NCBI RefSeq assembly: GCF_009834535.1
Contig: NC_045696.1
Coordinates: 40,240,001 to 40,304,000, forward strand
From: Camelus ferus
Taxonomy: Eukaryota
DNA length: 64,000 nt
Direction: 5' to 3'
How positions within the stretch are numbered: the first letter of the stretch is position 1; every line of letters begins with the position of its first letter. The notes beneath the pieces are model-generated. The model was not told the origin of the DNA. It ran no database searches and saw nothing but the letters and a program-made list of their open reading frames with translations. Made by a program: the position numbers and the translations under genes. Below are positions 24,023-36,843 of the stretch, in pieces.

Positions 24023-26719
24023 TTCATTCATAAGGCTTTTACTTTGTGAGAATTTGTGGAACTACAATGCACAGAAGAGAGGGACTTAGAGAAGAAATGA
24101 GAGCACAATCTCTGTCTTAGAAGTCTTCTTGCTCAGCCCTCACACGCACCTGCCTTCATCCAGGTGCCCCATCTTTTGACTTGGACTAGATATGTCCCAG
24201 GTGTTGAGAAGGAAACATATGAAGAGCAGCCCTTACTTCAAATTTCTTCTTTCAATGTGTATTCTCTGCTGAAGTTCATTCTTGCTTCTGATAAGTGTGG
24301 TCCCACTTTTTCAGATCTTTTCAGATCCTTAACCTCTTGTTGTACAGATCCTTGACTTATATTACTAATGCTCTATCTTCTGATACTGACTGGACCCTTG
24401 AGCCCTTAAAGGTCTCTCATTTTCCTGGCCTGGGTTCCCTGTCCTTGCAGCCCCCATTTCTTATTGACTTTAACCCCAGACACCTTCTTGCTCTCTCTGA
24501 ATTTGACATAGGGTACTCTTGGTACATAATTGTTAGCCTTTTTGTAACTTTCCAGGATCTTCTATTCTGATGTTTGAGAAAGCGATTAATATTCACAAAC
24601 AGAAGGCATGTGAGTGAGGTCTGAAAGAATATCAGGCTGTGGATAAAACCCTCGCGGGCCTGAGCATGATCACAGTCATTCATTAAGATTTAGAACAGCT
24701 TGGAAATTAGCAGAACCTACTGAACTCTGACTTTCAAATAATCCAAACATTTGTTTAACATGTTCAACTTTTTGTTAGAAAAATTAAAAAGCACTAAAAC
24801 TAATTTACATAAGGAATCATTCTAAAAAATTTCTCCCTACATGTATGTCCTGGGTTCAGTATATATTCAGAATGATCTCTTACATTTTATATATTCAGTT
24901 CCAGAATCTCACACCAATGATCCTGGAGCAACAAAAGTCTTTTATTCATTGATTTAAGATTAAAATGGCCCCATGACCTTGTGCAGACATAAAGCAGTAG
25001 CAGACATTGATGAATGTTGGAATAATTTTCAATATCAAAAGTTTGATTCCTTAATTATTCAGCAAAAACTAATTAAATGGCAAACACTAACTTCTAATAT
25101 TTAATTAACTGAGATTTTAAAATACTAAAATATTTAATATACTAGTATTAACTATTAAAAAATTTTAAATATTTTAAAATACTAAATACAATGGAAATCT
25201 ATTATAACCTGATTTATTAAATGACTTCTGCATGTCTGAGAACTGAGTGTCAGTTCCCTAAAATATGCCTGCACTGAGATGACATCACTCATCTTGCATT
25301 ACCAGTAACTATACTTAATCAAGTCATTTAAGGTCTGTAAGCCTCAGTTCTCTCATGTGTAAAACAGGGTGGTGGGTGCTTAAGTAAATGACATTTCAAG
25401 CCCTTTCCAACTGTAAATTTATTTGATTATGTGAATTTTATAACACTGTGTTATATCAAAAATATCACCCACATATTAATCCTTTCCTATGGCAGTAAAA
25501 GGAAAAAGAAAACATAAGCACAAAATAAAATCTCATATGGTGTCTCCAGCATGCTAAATAAAAGCCTGTAATTCTCATTGACTCTAAAAGGAGTTCTGCA
25601 GATGTGTAAGGAAGAACATAAACACTGTGCCTCTGTGAAGTGAAACTGAATGACTATGAACCAGACAGCTGCACAAGAATGACTTCACTTGAGCTATGCT
25701 TTGGTACCTGGTACTCAAACCAGCTGTGCACATTCTCAGATCCAAATTTATTTGCAACAAGAAAGTGTTAGGAGATGCAAGGGAGACAATTTATTTACCT
25801 GCAGGAGATGACAGGTTGAGAGATACCTCAAGTAACTTGCAAGTCATTGGTGACTATAGGAAATTTCCCAAACAGAAATATTTGCTTATTTTTCCTGTTT
25901 TGTTTTAAACCAATATCCAGTTGAGCATCTACCATGTGCCAGACTCTTCAGGGATAGAAAGATAAATAAGACAAAGGTCTTGCCTTCAACTCTGTAGCGG
26001 AGGCAAGACATGCACAAATAGATACGGCACAATGAGGTAAGGACTGACCCATAAGTAGCTGATATGACATTCTGTAAGAACTCCAAAAAGGTTTTTGGCT
26101 AATCAGCATCAAGTCACTTAGACATAAATGATATATATCACATATATATATATATATGTGACATATATCACATAGACATAAATGATAAGTATACACATAC
26201 ACACACATTTGTTGGAAGTCAAGAAGTATGATTATAGTAATTAAGCATTTTAATAAAACAATAATGAACTGGATAAACTTAGTGAAAATTCAGTAAGGCG
26301 TATAATTATAATCCTAATGACCTTGTTTTATCTCATTAATAAAAGTGTTGGCATTTGTTGTTCCAGCAGAAATTAGCAAACCTGTTCAAACCATTTCATA
26401 CATGACCCTCTATTAAATAAAATGTTTCTTGGAAACACTAAACTAAAAGCAAAATGAATGACTCCATCTCAAAACACTGTTCCTTGGAATCTCTGACAAC
26501 CTTGTTTAAAACTTAAAGCATTACAATTTCTAATTTTGTCTTTTCATCTAAATAGTTTTTAATGAAATATTTAATATCTTTAGTGGAAATGGCACATTAA
26601 ATATAAAATAAAGAATAAAACTGAATTTCTACATACTGAGAGCTAAAACTTCCTTATAAGATTGGCCACATACATATAACTCTTCTCTCCAAAAATGTAC
26701 TAAAATGTCAGTAGAGGTA

Positions 26720-27110
26720 TTACCCCTGCCAACGTGGCAGTTCCTTCCTTTGCCTGATGGTTTGCTGGAATGGGGATCCCAGAATGCCAAAATGTAGTTT
26801 TAAATTAAGTTGGACTCTTATAGTCCAAGGAAGAATTCCCCTTCTGGGAACCAGGATCTCTAGACCCACAGAACCGAGAGGTGCATACTGTCGGTGAACT
26901 GGATGGTCCCAGATGCTTGTAGGCTTCTTGCTAGGGACAATGCAACATATAAAGGTCACTGGCTTAGGGCAAATACTGGATCCTGAAGGATAGTGCCCAA
27001 CATTTGCAGGTGTCAACAGGTCCCTGAATTGTGCCATCAAGAGGTCATTCCAAAGCTCTATCAGGCCAGCAGCAGCTACAGAAGACTGCAAATGTAAGTC
27101 AGTAACAAAA
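26720..27110 (-). mobile_element. ERV-L pol fragment (integrase C-terminus plus dUTPase-like region), decayed
   Basis: ORF 26720-27172(-) has 'AAAGLIELWNDLLMAQF' (cf. ERV-L IN 'EAAGLIEWWNGLLKSQL') and 'LGSVGLEILVPRRGILP...VQLNLKLHFGIL' (cf. ERV-L 'LCSAGLEVLVPEGGMLP...IPLNWKLRLPPGHFGLL'). Confidence 0.8.
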
Positions 27111-27387
27111 TAATGCCCCCTGAAGATGGGGAATGCAAGAATCAAATTAAAGGGAATCTGGCATGGCGACAAGCATCTGCTACAGGAAGGTCAACAAGAA
27201 TTGAAAATTGAGCTGATTCAAATTTCAGAAGCCCTCAAAAGGCTGAGGATGCCAAGGAAACAGGTAATGTTGGAAAAAACAAACAAACAAAAATCATCAC
27301 AAAGTTTAAATTCTCAAAAAGGTAAGAAGGAAATGGCATTAATTCAACCAGAAAGGGAGCATTAAAAGAGAAACAATCAAAAATAAT

Positions 27388-27500
27388 AGAGAAAGGAATG
27401 TGACAATGAATATATATATGTTCATGTATAATTTAAAATTTGTGCTCTACACTGGAATTTGACACAACATTGTAAAATGATTATAAATCAATAAAAAAAT
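27388..27500 (+). mobile_element. Very short young L1 3' end
   Basis: Near-identical to the terminal ~110 bp of the L1s at ~9940-10050 and ~28640-28750. Confidence 0.85.
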
Positions 27501-27624
27501 GCTTAAAGATAATAAAGAATTCTGGGAAAGTAGAAATGTGATAGACAAAATTTTAAATTTGGAAGGATTAGAAGATAAATTGAGGATATCTCTCAAACAT
27601 AGAATAAAAATGTTAAATGGGCTG

Positions 27625-27812
27625 AGAGGTGACAAGAAAGTAAATCTGAAAAGTTCTCATCACAAGAAAAAAATTTGTAACAATTTATGGTGACAGATGT
27701 TAGCTAGACTTATTGAGGTGATCATTTTGCATTTACCAAATATTGAATCATTGTGTTGTACACTTGAATCTAACATAATGTTGCATATCAATTATATCTC
27801 AATAAAAATTAA
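27625..27812 (+). mobile_element. L1MA/MB-type 3' end
   Basis: 'aaagttctcatcacaagaaaaaaatttgtaac...tgtacacttgaatctaacataatgttgcatatcaattatatctcaataaaaa'. Confidence 0.8.
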
Positions 27813-28053
27813 AATGATTGAAAAATAAAAAATAGAATAGATAAAATGACAAGTTCGGAATATCCTAATACTTGATAAATCAGAGTTCCAGAAACACAGA
27901 AGAAATCAGGGAAAAAAATATCACTGAAATAATCCAAAAAAATTTCCCCAACAGGACGTGCCTCCACAGACTAAGAAAATCCACTACATGCTCACACAAT
28001 GAAAAGACCTATAAAGCAAGCAAGCATCATAACAAATATCCATAAGCATCCAA

Positions 28054-28767
28054 CCCTCTTTTTTTGCTGATGGGAATGCAGTTTGGTGCAGCCACTGTGG
28101 AAAACAGTATGGAGATTCCTCAAAAGACTAGGAATAGACTTACCATATGACCCAGGAATCCCGCTCCTGGGCATATATCCAGAAGGAACCCTACTTCAAA
28201 AAGACACCTGCACCCCAATGTTCATAGCAGCATTATTTACAATAGCCATGACATGGAAACAGCCTAAATGTCCATCAACAGATAACTGGATAAAGAAGAA
28301 GTGGTATATTTATACAATGGAATACTACTCAGACATAAAAACCAACAACATAACGCCATTTGCAGCAACATGGATGCTCCTGGAGAATGTCATTCTAAGT
28401 GAAGTAAGCCAGAAAGAGAAAGAAAAATACCAGTATGAGATCGCTCATACGTGGAATCTAAAAAAAAAAAAGAAATACAAAACAGAAATAGACTCACAGA
28501 CATGGAATACAAACTTGTGGTTGCCAAGGGGGCAGGGGGTGGGAAGAGATAGACTGGGATTTCAAAATTGTAGAATAGATAAACAAGATTACACCGTATA
28601 GCACAGGGAAATATATACAAGATCTTATGGTAGCTCACAGAGAAAAAAATGTGACAATGACTATGTATGTTCATGTGTAACTGAAAAATTGTGCTCTACA
28701 CTGAAATTTGACACAACATTGTAAAATGATTATAAATCAATAAAAAATGTTAAACAAACAAACAAAA
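28054..28767 (+). mobile_element. Young camelid-type L1 3' fragment (ORF2 C-terminus plus 3'UTR)
   Basis: ORF 28083-28601 '[13 protein letters not shown]...[23 protein letters not shown]' is the L1 ORF2p C-terminus; 23-bp direct repeat aacaaatatccataagcatccaa at 28031-28053 and 28768-28790. Confidence 0.95.
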
Positions 28768-30119
28768 AACAAATATCCATAAGCATCCAAAATAAAGAGT
28801 GCAGAAATTTTTAGAGAGGAAAGGGAAATGGGGGGGCGGGGGAGCACATGTAAAAGAATTAAAAATTGTATTCAAATTCTCAAGAGGTACATCAGATGCT
28901 AAAAAAACAGTGAGAAAAATTACTTCAAAGTCCTAAAAGGAAGATTATTTTCAACCCAGAATTCCATATCTAGCAAAATTCCAATCAAGGATGAAGGAAA
29001 AATAAGTTTTGCTTTCCTTGCATTCTTCTTTGGGAAGCTGCTAGAGGATATGCTCCAGCCAAAGGGTAAAAGACAAGATGAAAGACATGGACACTGAACA
29101 TAGAAAAACTAACATGGAGGTAAAACCCAGAATATCAGCTATGCAGAAGGCTTGAAGAATAACAAGTCTAGAATGGAGCAGAAGTACAGGGATCTCAAGG
29201 AGGAAGGTTCCAAAAGAGAAAAAAATTAATATATTAGTCAAAATGTTTCAGCATTTGGGAAAATATACTGATGGGTATATGACCAATCTCACAGAGCAAA
29301 TGAGAAACAGAAAGAATAGGTACAAGAAAACTGTGTAGCATAAAATAAATAATTAACTCAAAGGAAAATAGAAAGATGCACAAGAAAGTAAATGGATCCA
29401 CAATACATTGTTAAAGAACAGTGGAAATACTTGCATTATTTATGTTATTGCTACTTTGCATTATTACTGGTACAACCACTGTCTGCTGATTTAACTAAAA
29501 CTGAGGGGCTGCATGGATGCAGGCATGTAAAAGATCTAAATCTTCCTTTATCATAAAAGCGAATCAATGGATAAAGGCTAAAATAGATAACCCTATATAA
29601 GAACAATTAGAAATACGGAAGCAATTACTAGAAGAAGTAGCTAAAAGAGTTGAAAGTGATTGTCACTTAGAGTGGTGATAGGTGAGGGAAAGATCAAAGA
29701 ATTGTTTATGATCTTTATAAGCCTTGTCTATACATATTGTGTTATCTAACCACGTGTATCCATTACCTTGACAAAAATGTAAAGATTATATTAAGAAAGT
29801 AGGATAATCTGATAACAAAAAGTATGTTTTACATTTCTAACTGCTCTGTATAGGTAAGACAGATAATTATCACCATACTGAGAAGGAACATATGAGCAAA
29901 ATGCTTAGCAATAGAAAAACCAAAGGTAATCAAATGAGAACCTGAAAGCCTAACTTGACCTCCTATTGACCGTATTCTTAAGATAGCACTGATCTTCATT
30001 TGTTTTCAGCATTATTTTTATAAGCTTAGTTTTAAGTATTATTAAGTACTATTTTATGTATTTATAGAGTACTTAGGACTACATTCATAACTTCACAAAT
30101 CAAAATGCACAGAATGGTT

Positions 30120-31140
30120 ATAAAGCATATATCTGACAAAGACCTCATATCCAGAATACAAAAAGACAAAATACAATTTAAAAAACAACTCAGTTTTTTA
30201 AAACAGATGAAAAATTTGAACAGATACTTCACCAAGGAGATATATGGATGGCAAATAAGCACATAAAAAGCTGCTTGCCATAATTAAATATCAGAGAAGT
30301 GAAAAATAACCACAGTGGGATACTACATACCTATTACAACAGCTAAAATTAGGAAGACTGTCCATACCAAGTGTTGGTGAAGATATTTAGAAACTGCAGC
30401 ATCCATAAACTGCTGATGAGACTGTAAAGTGGTACAGTCACTTTAGAAAATAGTTCCACAGTTTCTTAAAAATTTAAAAATATACTATATTTAAGCATCA
30501 TGCCACATAGTCATTCTACTCCTAGGTATTTACCCAAGAGAAAAGAAAGCATATGGACCTATAGAGAGATTTGTACATAGTTCACTATGTACACTATGAA
30601 CAAGATACATCATTCAGAGTATCTTTATTTTTAATGCCAAAAAAAGGAGAAACCCAAATCATCAATAGGTGAGTAACTAAGCAAACTGTAGTATATCCAT
30701 ATAATGAATTACTACTCAGCAAAAATAACCAGTGAATTTAAAAAAAAAAAAGAAGTGAAAAGAACTATTAACACACACAACAACATGGGTAAATTGCAAA
30801 ATAATTACACCAAGTGAAAAAAGCCATACAAAAAGAGCATACATCGTATGATTCCTTTCATATAAAACTCAAGGAAATGAAATCTAATTGATAGTGACCG
30901 AAAGGTCAGTAGTTTGTGGGGAGAAGGTATGTGGACAGGGGCAGGAGAAAGGGATTATGAAGGAGCATAAAGAAACTTCTTGGGGTGATGTATATGTTCA
31001 CTATCTCAATTATGCTGATGGTTTCATGGGTGTACATGTCTAACCGTATCAAATCGTATATGATTGTATATATGCACTATAAATATGTGCAGGTTACTGT
31101 AGTCAATTATAACTCAACAGAGCTCTCAAGAAAACAATCA
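30120..31140 (+). mobile_element. L1MC/MD-like 3' fragment
   Basis: 'catatatctgacaaagacctcatatccagaata', 'ctcctaggtatttacccaagagaaa', 3'UTR 'gttcactatctcaattatgctgatggtttcatgggtgtac'. Confidence 0.85.
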
Positions 31141-32185
31141 AGAAAAGAAAAAAATTTTAATAAATACAGGAAATAAGTAACTCATATTATTTAGATTTAG
31201 TCATTAAATAATTCATTCAGTAGTTGCCAAATGGCTCCTATGTGCTAGGCATTGTGCTACATGCTGAGAGCAGAAACATTTCTAGAACATGACACCCCTT
31301 CCCAAGGACTTCATAGATTTGTGAAATAATATATAGCTACCATTTGGAAAGGTAAGCTATGATATTTGTTTCAAAGACGGTAGTTAATGTTCCTTACATT
31401 TCCTTTATGTCAAATTGAACAAATATAATAAATGATGTTAGCAATCCCTTTTACATAAAGCCCTCTGTCATCAGCAGCTGTTTCATTGCTACTCTCACTT
31501 TGTTAACCATTACTCCTTGCGTGGCAACAGTATCTTCCCTTTCCAGCTCTAGTGTATTAATATTCCAAAATCATCATTACTCATCAACCAACACAATGCA
31601 GCCAACTCTCAATTTTGATAGTGGATTTCCCAGAAAACTAGCTTTGGACCTTGCAGTTGCATGTGGGGGCATTTCACTGTTTGTTAGCACTTGCAATCAA
31701 GGGTGTTCAGTAGACAAGAGGAGATAAAACTCAAACCCATCTAATATTCTGCTGATAATCATAAACTCTTAAAGTTGGAAGTAATTGCCAAGGTTATCTT
31801 TTCCAATTCCCACCCAATATTGGAATCTCTGCTGGCCTATCCCTGACAGATATTCATCTAAGCCATATCTTGTCTGAACACTTATAATAATAAGGCCAAT
31901 GCTCACTTACTCCAACAATAAATTTTATGATCTCTGGTTTAATTCGTTTCCATGTTAGCAATTCAAGGGGTGATTGGAAACAAAATTTAAACTTTGGTTA
32001 GTAAATAGTAATATGTATTTTACTTACTACATACACACACACACAATATGTCTCAGTCAAAAAAAATTCTTCCAAAATTCTATAATTACCTCACCCCTAA
32101 TATTCCAATGAGTCAGAGAGAAAGCATGAGAGATAATGAGGGAGGGAAGGAAGAAAAATGTTAAACTAAAGAATGAATCCATTAG

Positions 32186-32531
32186 TGCTAAGGACTGAAT
32201 TGTGCCCTCCTCCCAATTCATATATTGAAGCTGTATTTGGAGATAGGGCTTTGGGGAGGTAATGAAAGTTAAATGAGATCATAGGGAGGGTTCCTAATCC
32301 AATAAGATTAGTGGCCTTATAAGAAGAGGAAGAAGAAAGAGATCTCTGCAAGGATACAGGAAAAGGATACAGGATACAGCAAAAAGGCAGCCATCTGCAA
32401 GTCTGAATCTGACCATTCAGGTACCCTGATCTCAGACTTCTAGCCTCCTGAAATGCAAGAAAGTAAGTTTCTGTTGTTAAAGTCACCCATCCTATAATAT
32501 TTTGTTTCAGTAGCCCTAGCTGACTAAAATA
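32186..32531 (+). mobile_element. MaLR solo LTR (MLT1A/B-like)
   Basis: 'tgctaaggactgaattgtgccctcctcccaattcata...tagccctagctgactaaaata'; 5-bp flanks attag/attac. Confidence 0.88.
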
Positions 32532-33469
32532 ATTACTTTAAGGAAGACCTTTTTTGAAGTCTATCAAGGAATTTGGGAGCTCAAAATACTTTCTTGCATA
32601 CCTCCAGTCAATTTAATGTATATTACAGATTTATTTTTGTTCAGACCCCTTATTTGGTTTTAACTTGTTGATTTTTTTTTTTTTTTTTTTTGAAAGAGAG
32701 AAGACGTGGAATAGAAAGGAAAACTGTTGAGGGAGAGACCGAATGCCTGGATCTTGGACTTGCCAAGATCATTTGACATGATGCCTAGTTCCTCTTCTAT
32801 AAAATGAAGGGTTGAAATTTTAAAAGATCTCAAAGCTTCCCTCCATCTGCAGACTCCCTAAATCTTTAAATCTAAAAGGATCTTGTAATACAGGAGGAAA
32901 AGGAACAATGTGTAGCCAATTTGGCTAAATGTGTAAAGAACTTTGGAACCAGGTAAGAGGGAATGATAACCAACTCGTTATCAAAGAGCATTATAGAACT
33001 CTCCATTAGGAAGCCGAATTTTTCCTACTAAGGATTAAACTATCCTAAAAGTGAATCTTCTTATTTGGGGCTCAAGTGTAAAAGGAAAAATTATAGTTAA
33101 GGCATCCAAAATGTAACCATAAATTCACCTTCATTCTAAAATAATTCACTCATCCAGTGTACACTAGGGACTTAGATGCAAAGACAAAGCTTGTTTCCAT
33201 CCCAGAGTGTCAAGAACTGGGGAGGATGCTATTAGTCAGTTTTTCTAATGAACTCAATAAATATTAATAACTGTAGGTCTACAAATTTTGATAAGCAATA
33301 TAATCTTTCCATTTAATACAATAAAATATGCACACTGAAAGAGAAGGATATCCTGGATTCAGGGAATTTTAATGTGGGAAGACACTTCAGAGACCCTCTT
33401 TCATGAAGCCTCTTCAGATGGCCTCGGGGCAGTCAGCTTACACAGTATGTGATTCTCTTCCCTGTGATT

Positions 33470-33750
33470 GCATCTTGTTATACTGTAGTATCCATTTAAA
33501 TATGTCTAGATGTCAAGACACATCAGGCAGAGGAACCAAGTCTTACTCATCTGTTTCCAAGAACCTTGCACCACATTTGACACATAACGGGTGCTCAACA
33601 CTGTGTTTTGTAGATTGAGAGGAATTAACCCAGTTGAACAGGATGAGGACGCTAAGGTTACAGCTACTTGTCCAAGGTCTCACAGACACTTGTGGCAAAG
33701 CAGGGCTAGGTCCCAGCTCTCAGGCTCACAGCTCAGTGTTCTTACTTTCA
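33470..33750. mobile_element. L2 3' end followed by a MIR fragment
   Basis: 'ttgacacataacgggtgctcaacactgtgttttg' (L2 tail); 'ttgtccaaggtctcacagacacttgtggcaaagcagggctagg' (MIR, reverse). Confidence 0.6.
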
Positions 33751-33849
33751 ATAGCTTGCAGGTAAGGAATTCATACCTCACTCAAACACTACTTCTGTGT
33801 CCAACTGGGATCAATCAGAAAGTCTAGTGATATAAAGAAACAAAAAAGC

Positions 33850-34778
33850 AAAATTTAAAACAAGAAGAGATGGTATAAAAAGAAAAGAAACTGCTTTAAA
33901 TAGATATTTCTCCAAAGAAGATATATAAAAGGCTAATAAGCATACGAAAAGATGTTGAACATCGTTAGTCATTGTGGAAATGTGAATCAAAACCACAGTG
34001 AGATACTACTTCACACCCCTAGCATGGCTAGAATCAGAAAGACAGACAATAAGGTCATAATTTTAAAAAGGCAATAACAAGTGTTGACTAGGATTTGGGG
34101 AAATTGGAACCCTTATTTATTGTTTGTGGGAATGTAAAATAGTGCCACCACTTTGGAGAAAGTCTGGCAGTCCCTCAAACAGTTAACATGGAGTTACTAT
34201 AAGACCTAGAAACTCCACTCCTAGGATATACCCAAAAGAAATGAAAACATGTGACCACACAAAACATGTACATCAATGTTCACAGCAGCGTTATTCATAA
34301 TGTCCAAACAGTGAAAACAACTCAAATGTCCATCAGTTGATGAATGGGTAAATGAAAAGTGGTAAATCCATGCAATGGAACATTGCTTGGCAATTAAAAG
34401 GTAGTATGATGTACTGACAGATACCAAAACACATATGAACCTTGAAAACATTATGATAAGTGAAAAGATCCAGGCACAAAAGACCACACATGTATAATCC
34501 CATTTATATGAAATATCCAGAACAAGCAATTCCATAGAGACAGAAAGTAAATTAGTGGTTTTCGAGGGCTAGGAGAAGAATAAAATGGCTAGTGACTGCT
34601 AAAGCTGTGGGTTTTCTTTTGGGGTGATGAAATGTTATGGAATTAAATAGTGGTGTTGGTTGCATAACTTTGTAAACATAGTAACAATCACTGAACTGTA
34701 TACTTTAAAAGCCTGAATGTTATAGCATGTGAATTAAATCACAATGAGAAATAAAAAAAATAAAATTAAAAAAAAAAC
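33850..34778 (+). mobile_element. L1MB-like 3' fragment
   Basis: 'tagatatttctccaaagaagatata', 'ccactcctaggatatacccaaaagaaatgaaaaca', 3'UTR 'tccatagagacagaaagtaaattagtggtt', A-tail. Confidence 0.9.
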
Positions 34779-34909
34779 TACATAGCATGGCCACACTTAC
34801 GCAAAGTAATCTTTACAAAACAATTTTTAATTGTTCTATATAGAACCTAATATAAAGTGAAACGAAATATTAGTACCTATTGTGTCTCACGAGGGAGACT
34901 GAAGGAAAC

Positions 34910-35120
34910 CAGTGTTTATTTAGAGCCTCGTTGTGCCAGACACCAGCATAAGCACATTTTCTCTTTTCATTAATCTCTCGAGGAATCTATGACTCATTTT
35001 ACAAATGAGGAAACCAAGTCTCAGAGAAATTAAGTAATTTTCCCAAGATTACAGAGTAATATAGGACAGACCTGAGAAGCCTGCTCAGAAGTGCCTAATT
35101 CCAAAGCATATATTTTCCCC
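34910..35120 (-). mobile_element. MIR
   Basis: 'cattttacaaatgaggaaaccaagtctcagagaaattaagtaattttcccaagattacag'. Confidence 0.75.
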
Positions 35121-35639
35121 ACTCTAATATAACAGTTCCTTAGATAGTTTTCAAAGTCCATAAAATTAATCCCTGCAAGTCTTTCAGAAGTTGTGGTGTA
35201 AACTAGAACAAACTTATCTTCAAACGCCAGTGCAAAGGCTGGACAAAAATTAATAAACCCAATGCACTTCCTTTTTTGTCCCACTTGACTTCCTGATCAC
35301 CTCCTGCATGACTGCCTGAGTTGGGAACAGCAGTTTACCCCAGAGCCCCTGCCTATACCCAGTGGACATTGTATCCCTGTGAGATATATAGTTCATCAGC
35401 ATGGTTCCCAAACATCTAAGTGTACTTTGCATTCAGTGGGAGTTCCAGGCATGATTGTGGTGATTGAGTAAACGAACATTTTCTTCCCTTTAAAGTTTTT
35501 ATAATCACTGGAGGTATAAACTGGGGACACAGAAAAATAACCACTTTATCATTCCATGACCAGGTGCATGCAAGGAACCTCTTTTGCAGGAGAGCACAGC
35601 TATGGACAGATGTCACAGATGTGAAGCTATTCTCCAATC

Positions 35640-35975
35640 CTTGCAGAGGATTATAGACTGATGGTAGTGGCCATCTTCCACACAAATGATAAGTTATACT
35701 CTTCAGTTCTTTTGGGTGGGACCATGTGGCTAGTTCTGGATAATGGGCTGGAAGTCAAGGAGACAGATGTTACTTCTGGATTGAGCATAAGTGCTGATCT
35801 CACTTACAGGTCCTTTCCACTGCATCGAGACCAACAACTGCTGAGATGGAGCTGCTCCATCAGGCACATGAGGAACTATGTCTCAACAGACCCACATGCA
35901 TATTTCATAAGTCACTAATCTTCTGAGGCTGTTTTTGTTTCTATATGATGACTTAGCCTGTCCTGATGGATTCAC
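35640..35975 (+). mobile_element. Old MaLR LTR (MLT1I/J-like)
   Basis: 'gggaccatgtggctagttctggataatgggctggaag...ttacttctggattgagcat...acttagcctgtcctgatggattca'. Confidence 0.6.
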
Positions 35976-36362
35976 ATCTTTAAAGTCAAGATTATGTGTA
36001 AAAATAGCAAGAAGTACTATTTAATAGGAACATGCTTCACTATAGGGAACTGAGGAAGAGAGGGGTCAGATAATACAAAGCCTTGAAACCTAGTCTAGAG
36101 TAGAAGGTATATTGAAGGAGGAAAGTACTACAGGAGGGAAAAAAGATAGTTATGTTAATCCCAGAGAAACTATTGGCAGAAAAGACACTAAAAACTGAGG
36201 AATGAACAATTGACAGCAGATATCAAGGCCTGGATAGTGTCTCCACTTTCAGGTGCAAGAAGGGCTGAAGGTAGATAACTGAGGTCAACACAGAGAGGCT
36301 AGTAGGCAGGAGATGCCAAAGTCAACCTGAGAGGTACAAATATCCAGGGCTGTGAAGGGAGC

Positions 36363-36843
36363 CATATTAGTTTTCTATTGCCGCCACATCAAGTACCACA
36401 AATTTAGTGGCTTATAACAAGGCAAATTTACCTTACAGACCTCTAAATTAGAAGTCTGACCTGGATCTCACTGTGTAAAGTCAAGGGATCACCAGTCCTT
36501 TCTGGGGCTCGAGGGGCTGATCCATTTTCTTACCTCTCCCAGCGTCTAGAGAACTCCTAGCACAAGGCCCGCTTCCTTCGTTTTCAAAGTCAGCTAGGTA
36601 GCCGCTCTCTGATCCTTCTTCTGTGACACCTTTCTCTGAACATAGCTAGGAAAGGTTCTCTGCTTTTAGAGACTCATGTGATTCTACTGGGCTCATTCAG
36701 ATAATCCAAAATGATCTCCCCATCTAACTGTTCCTAACTTAATCACACTTGCAACATCTCTCTTGCCATTCTAGGTGACATAGTCACAGGATCTGGGGAT
36801 TAGGACGTGGCCATATTGAGATGGCCATTATTCTGCCTACCAA
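36363..36843 (-). mobile_element. MaLR solo LTR (MLT1C/D-like)
   Basis: 'tattagttttctattgc...taccacaaatttagtggctta' through 'ggggattaggacgtggccatattgagatggccattattctgcctacca'. Confidence 0.88.

Larger units (their letters stand above)
27150..29790 (+). mobile_element. HAL1 / ancient L1 ORF1-type element, interrupted by younger L1s
   Basis: ORF1-like 'ttttcaacccagaattccatatctagcaaaatt' followed by HAL1-type 'aagctgctagaggatatgctccagc' and 3' end 'ctaaaagagttgaaagtgattg...ttaccttgacaaaaa'. Confidence 0.65.

Noticed and set aside
28083..28601. 172-aa ORF as a host gene
   Set aside because: It is the L1 ORF2p C-terminus running into the 3'UTR of a 5'-truncated insertion with TSDs.
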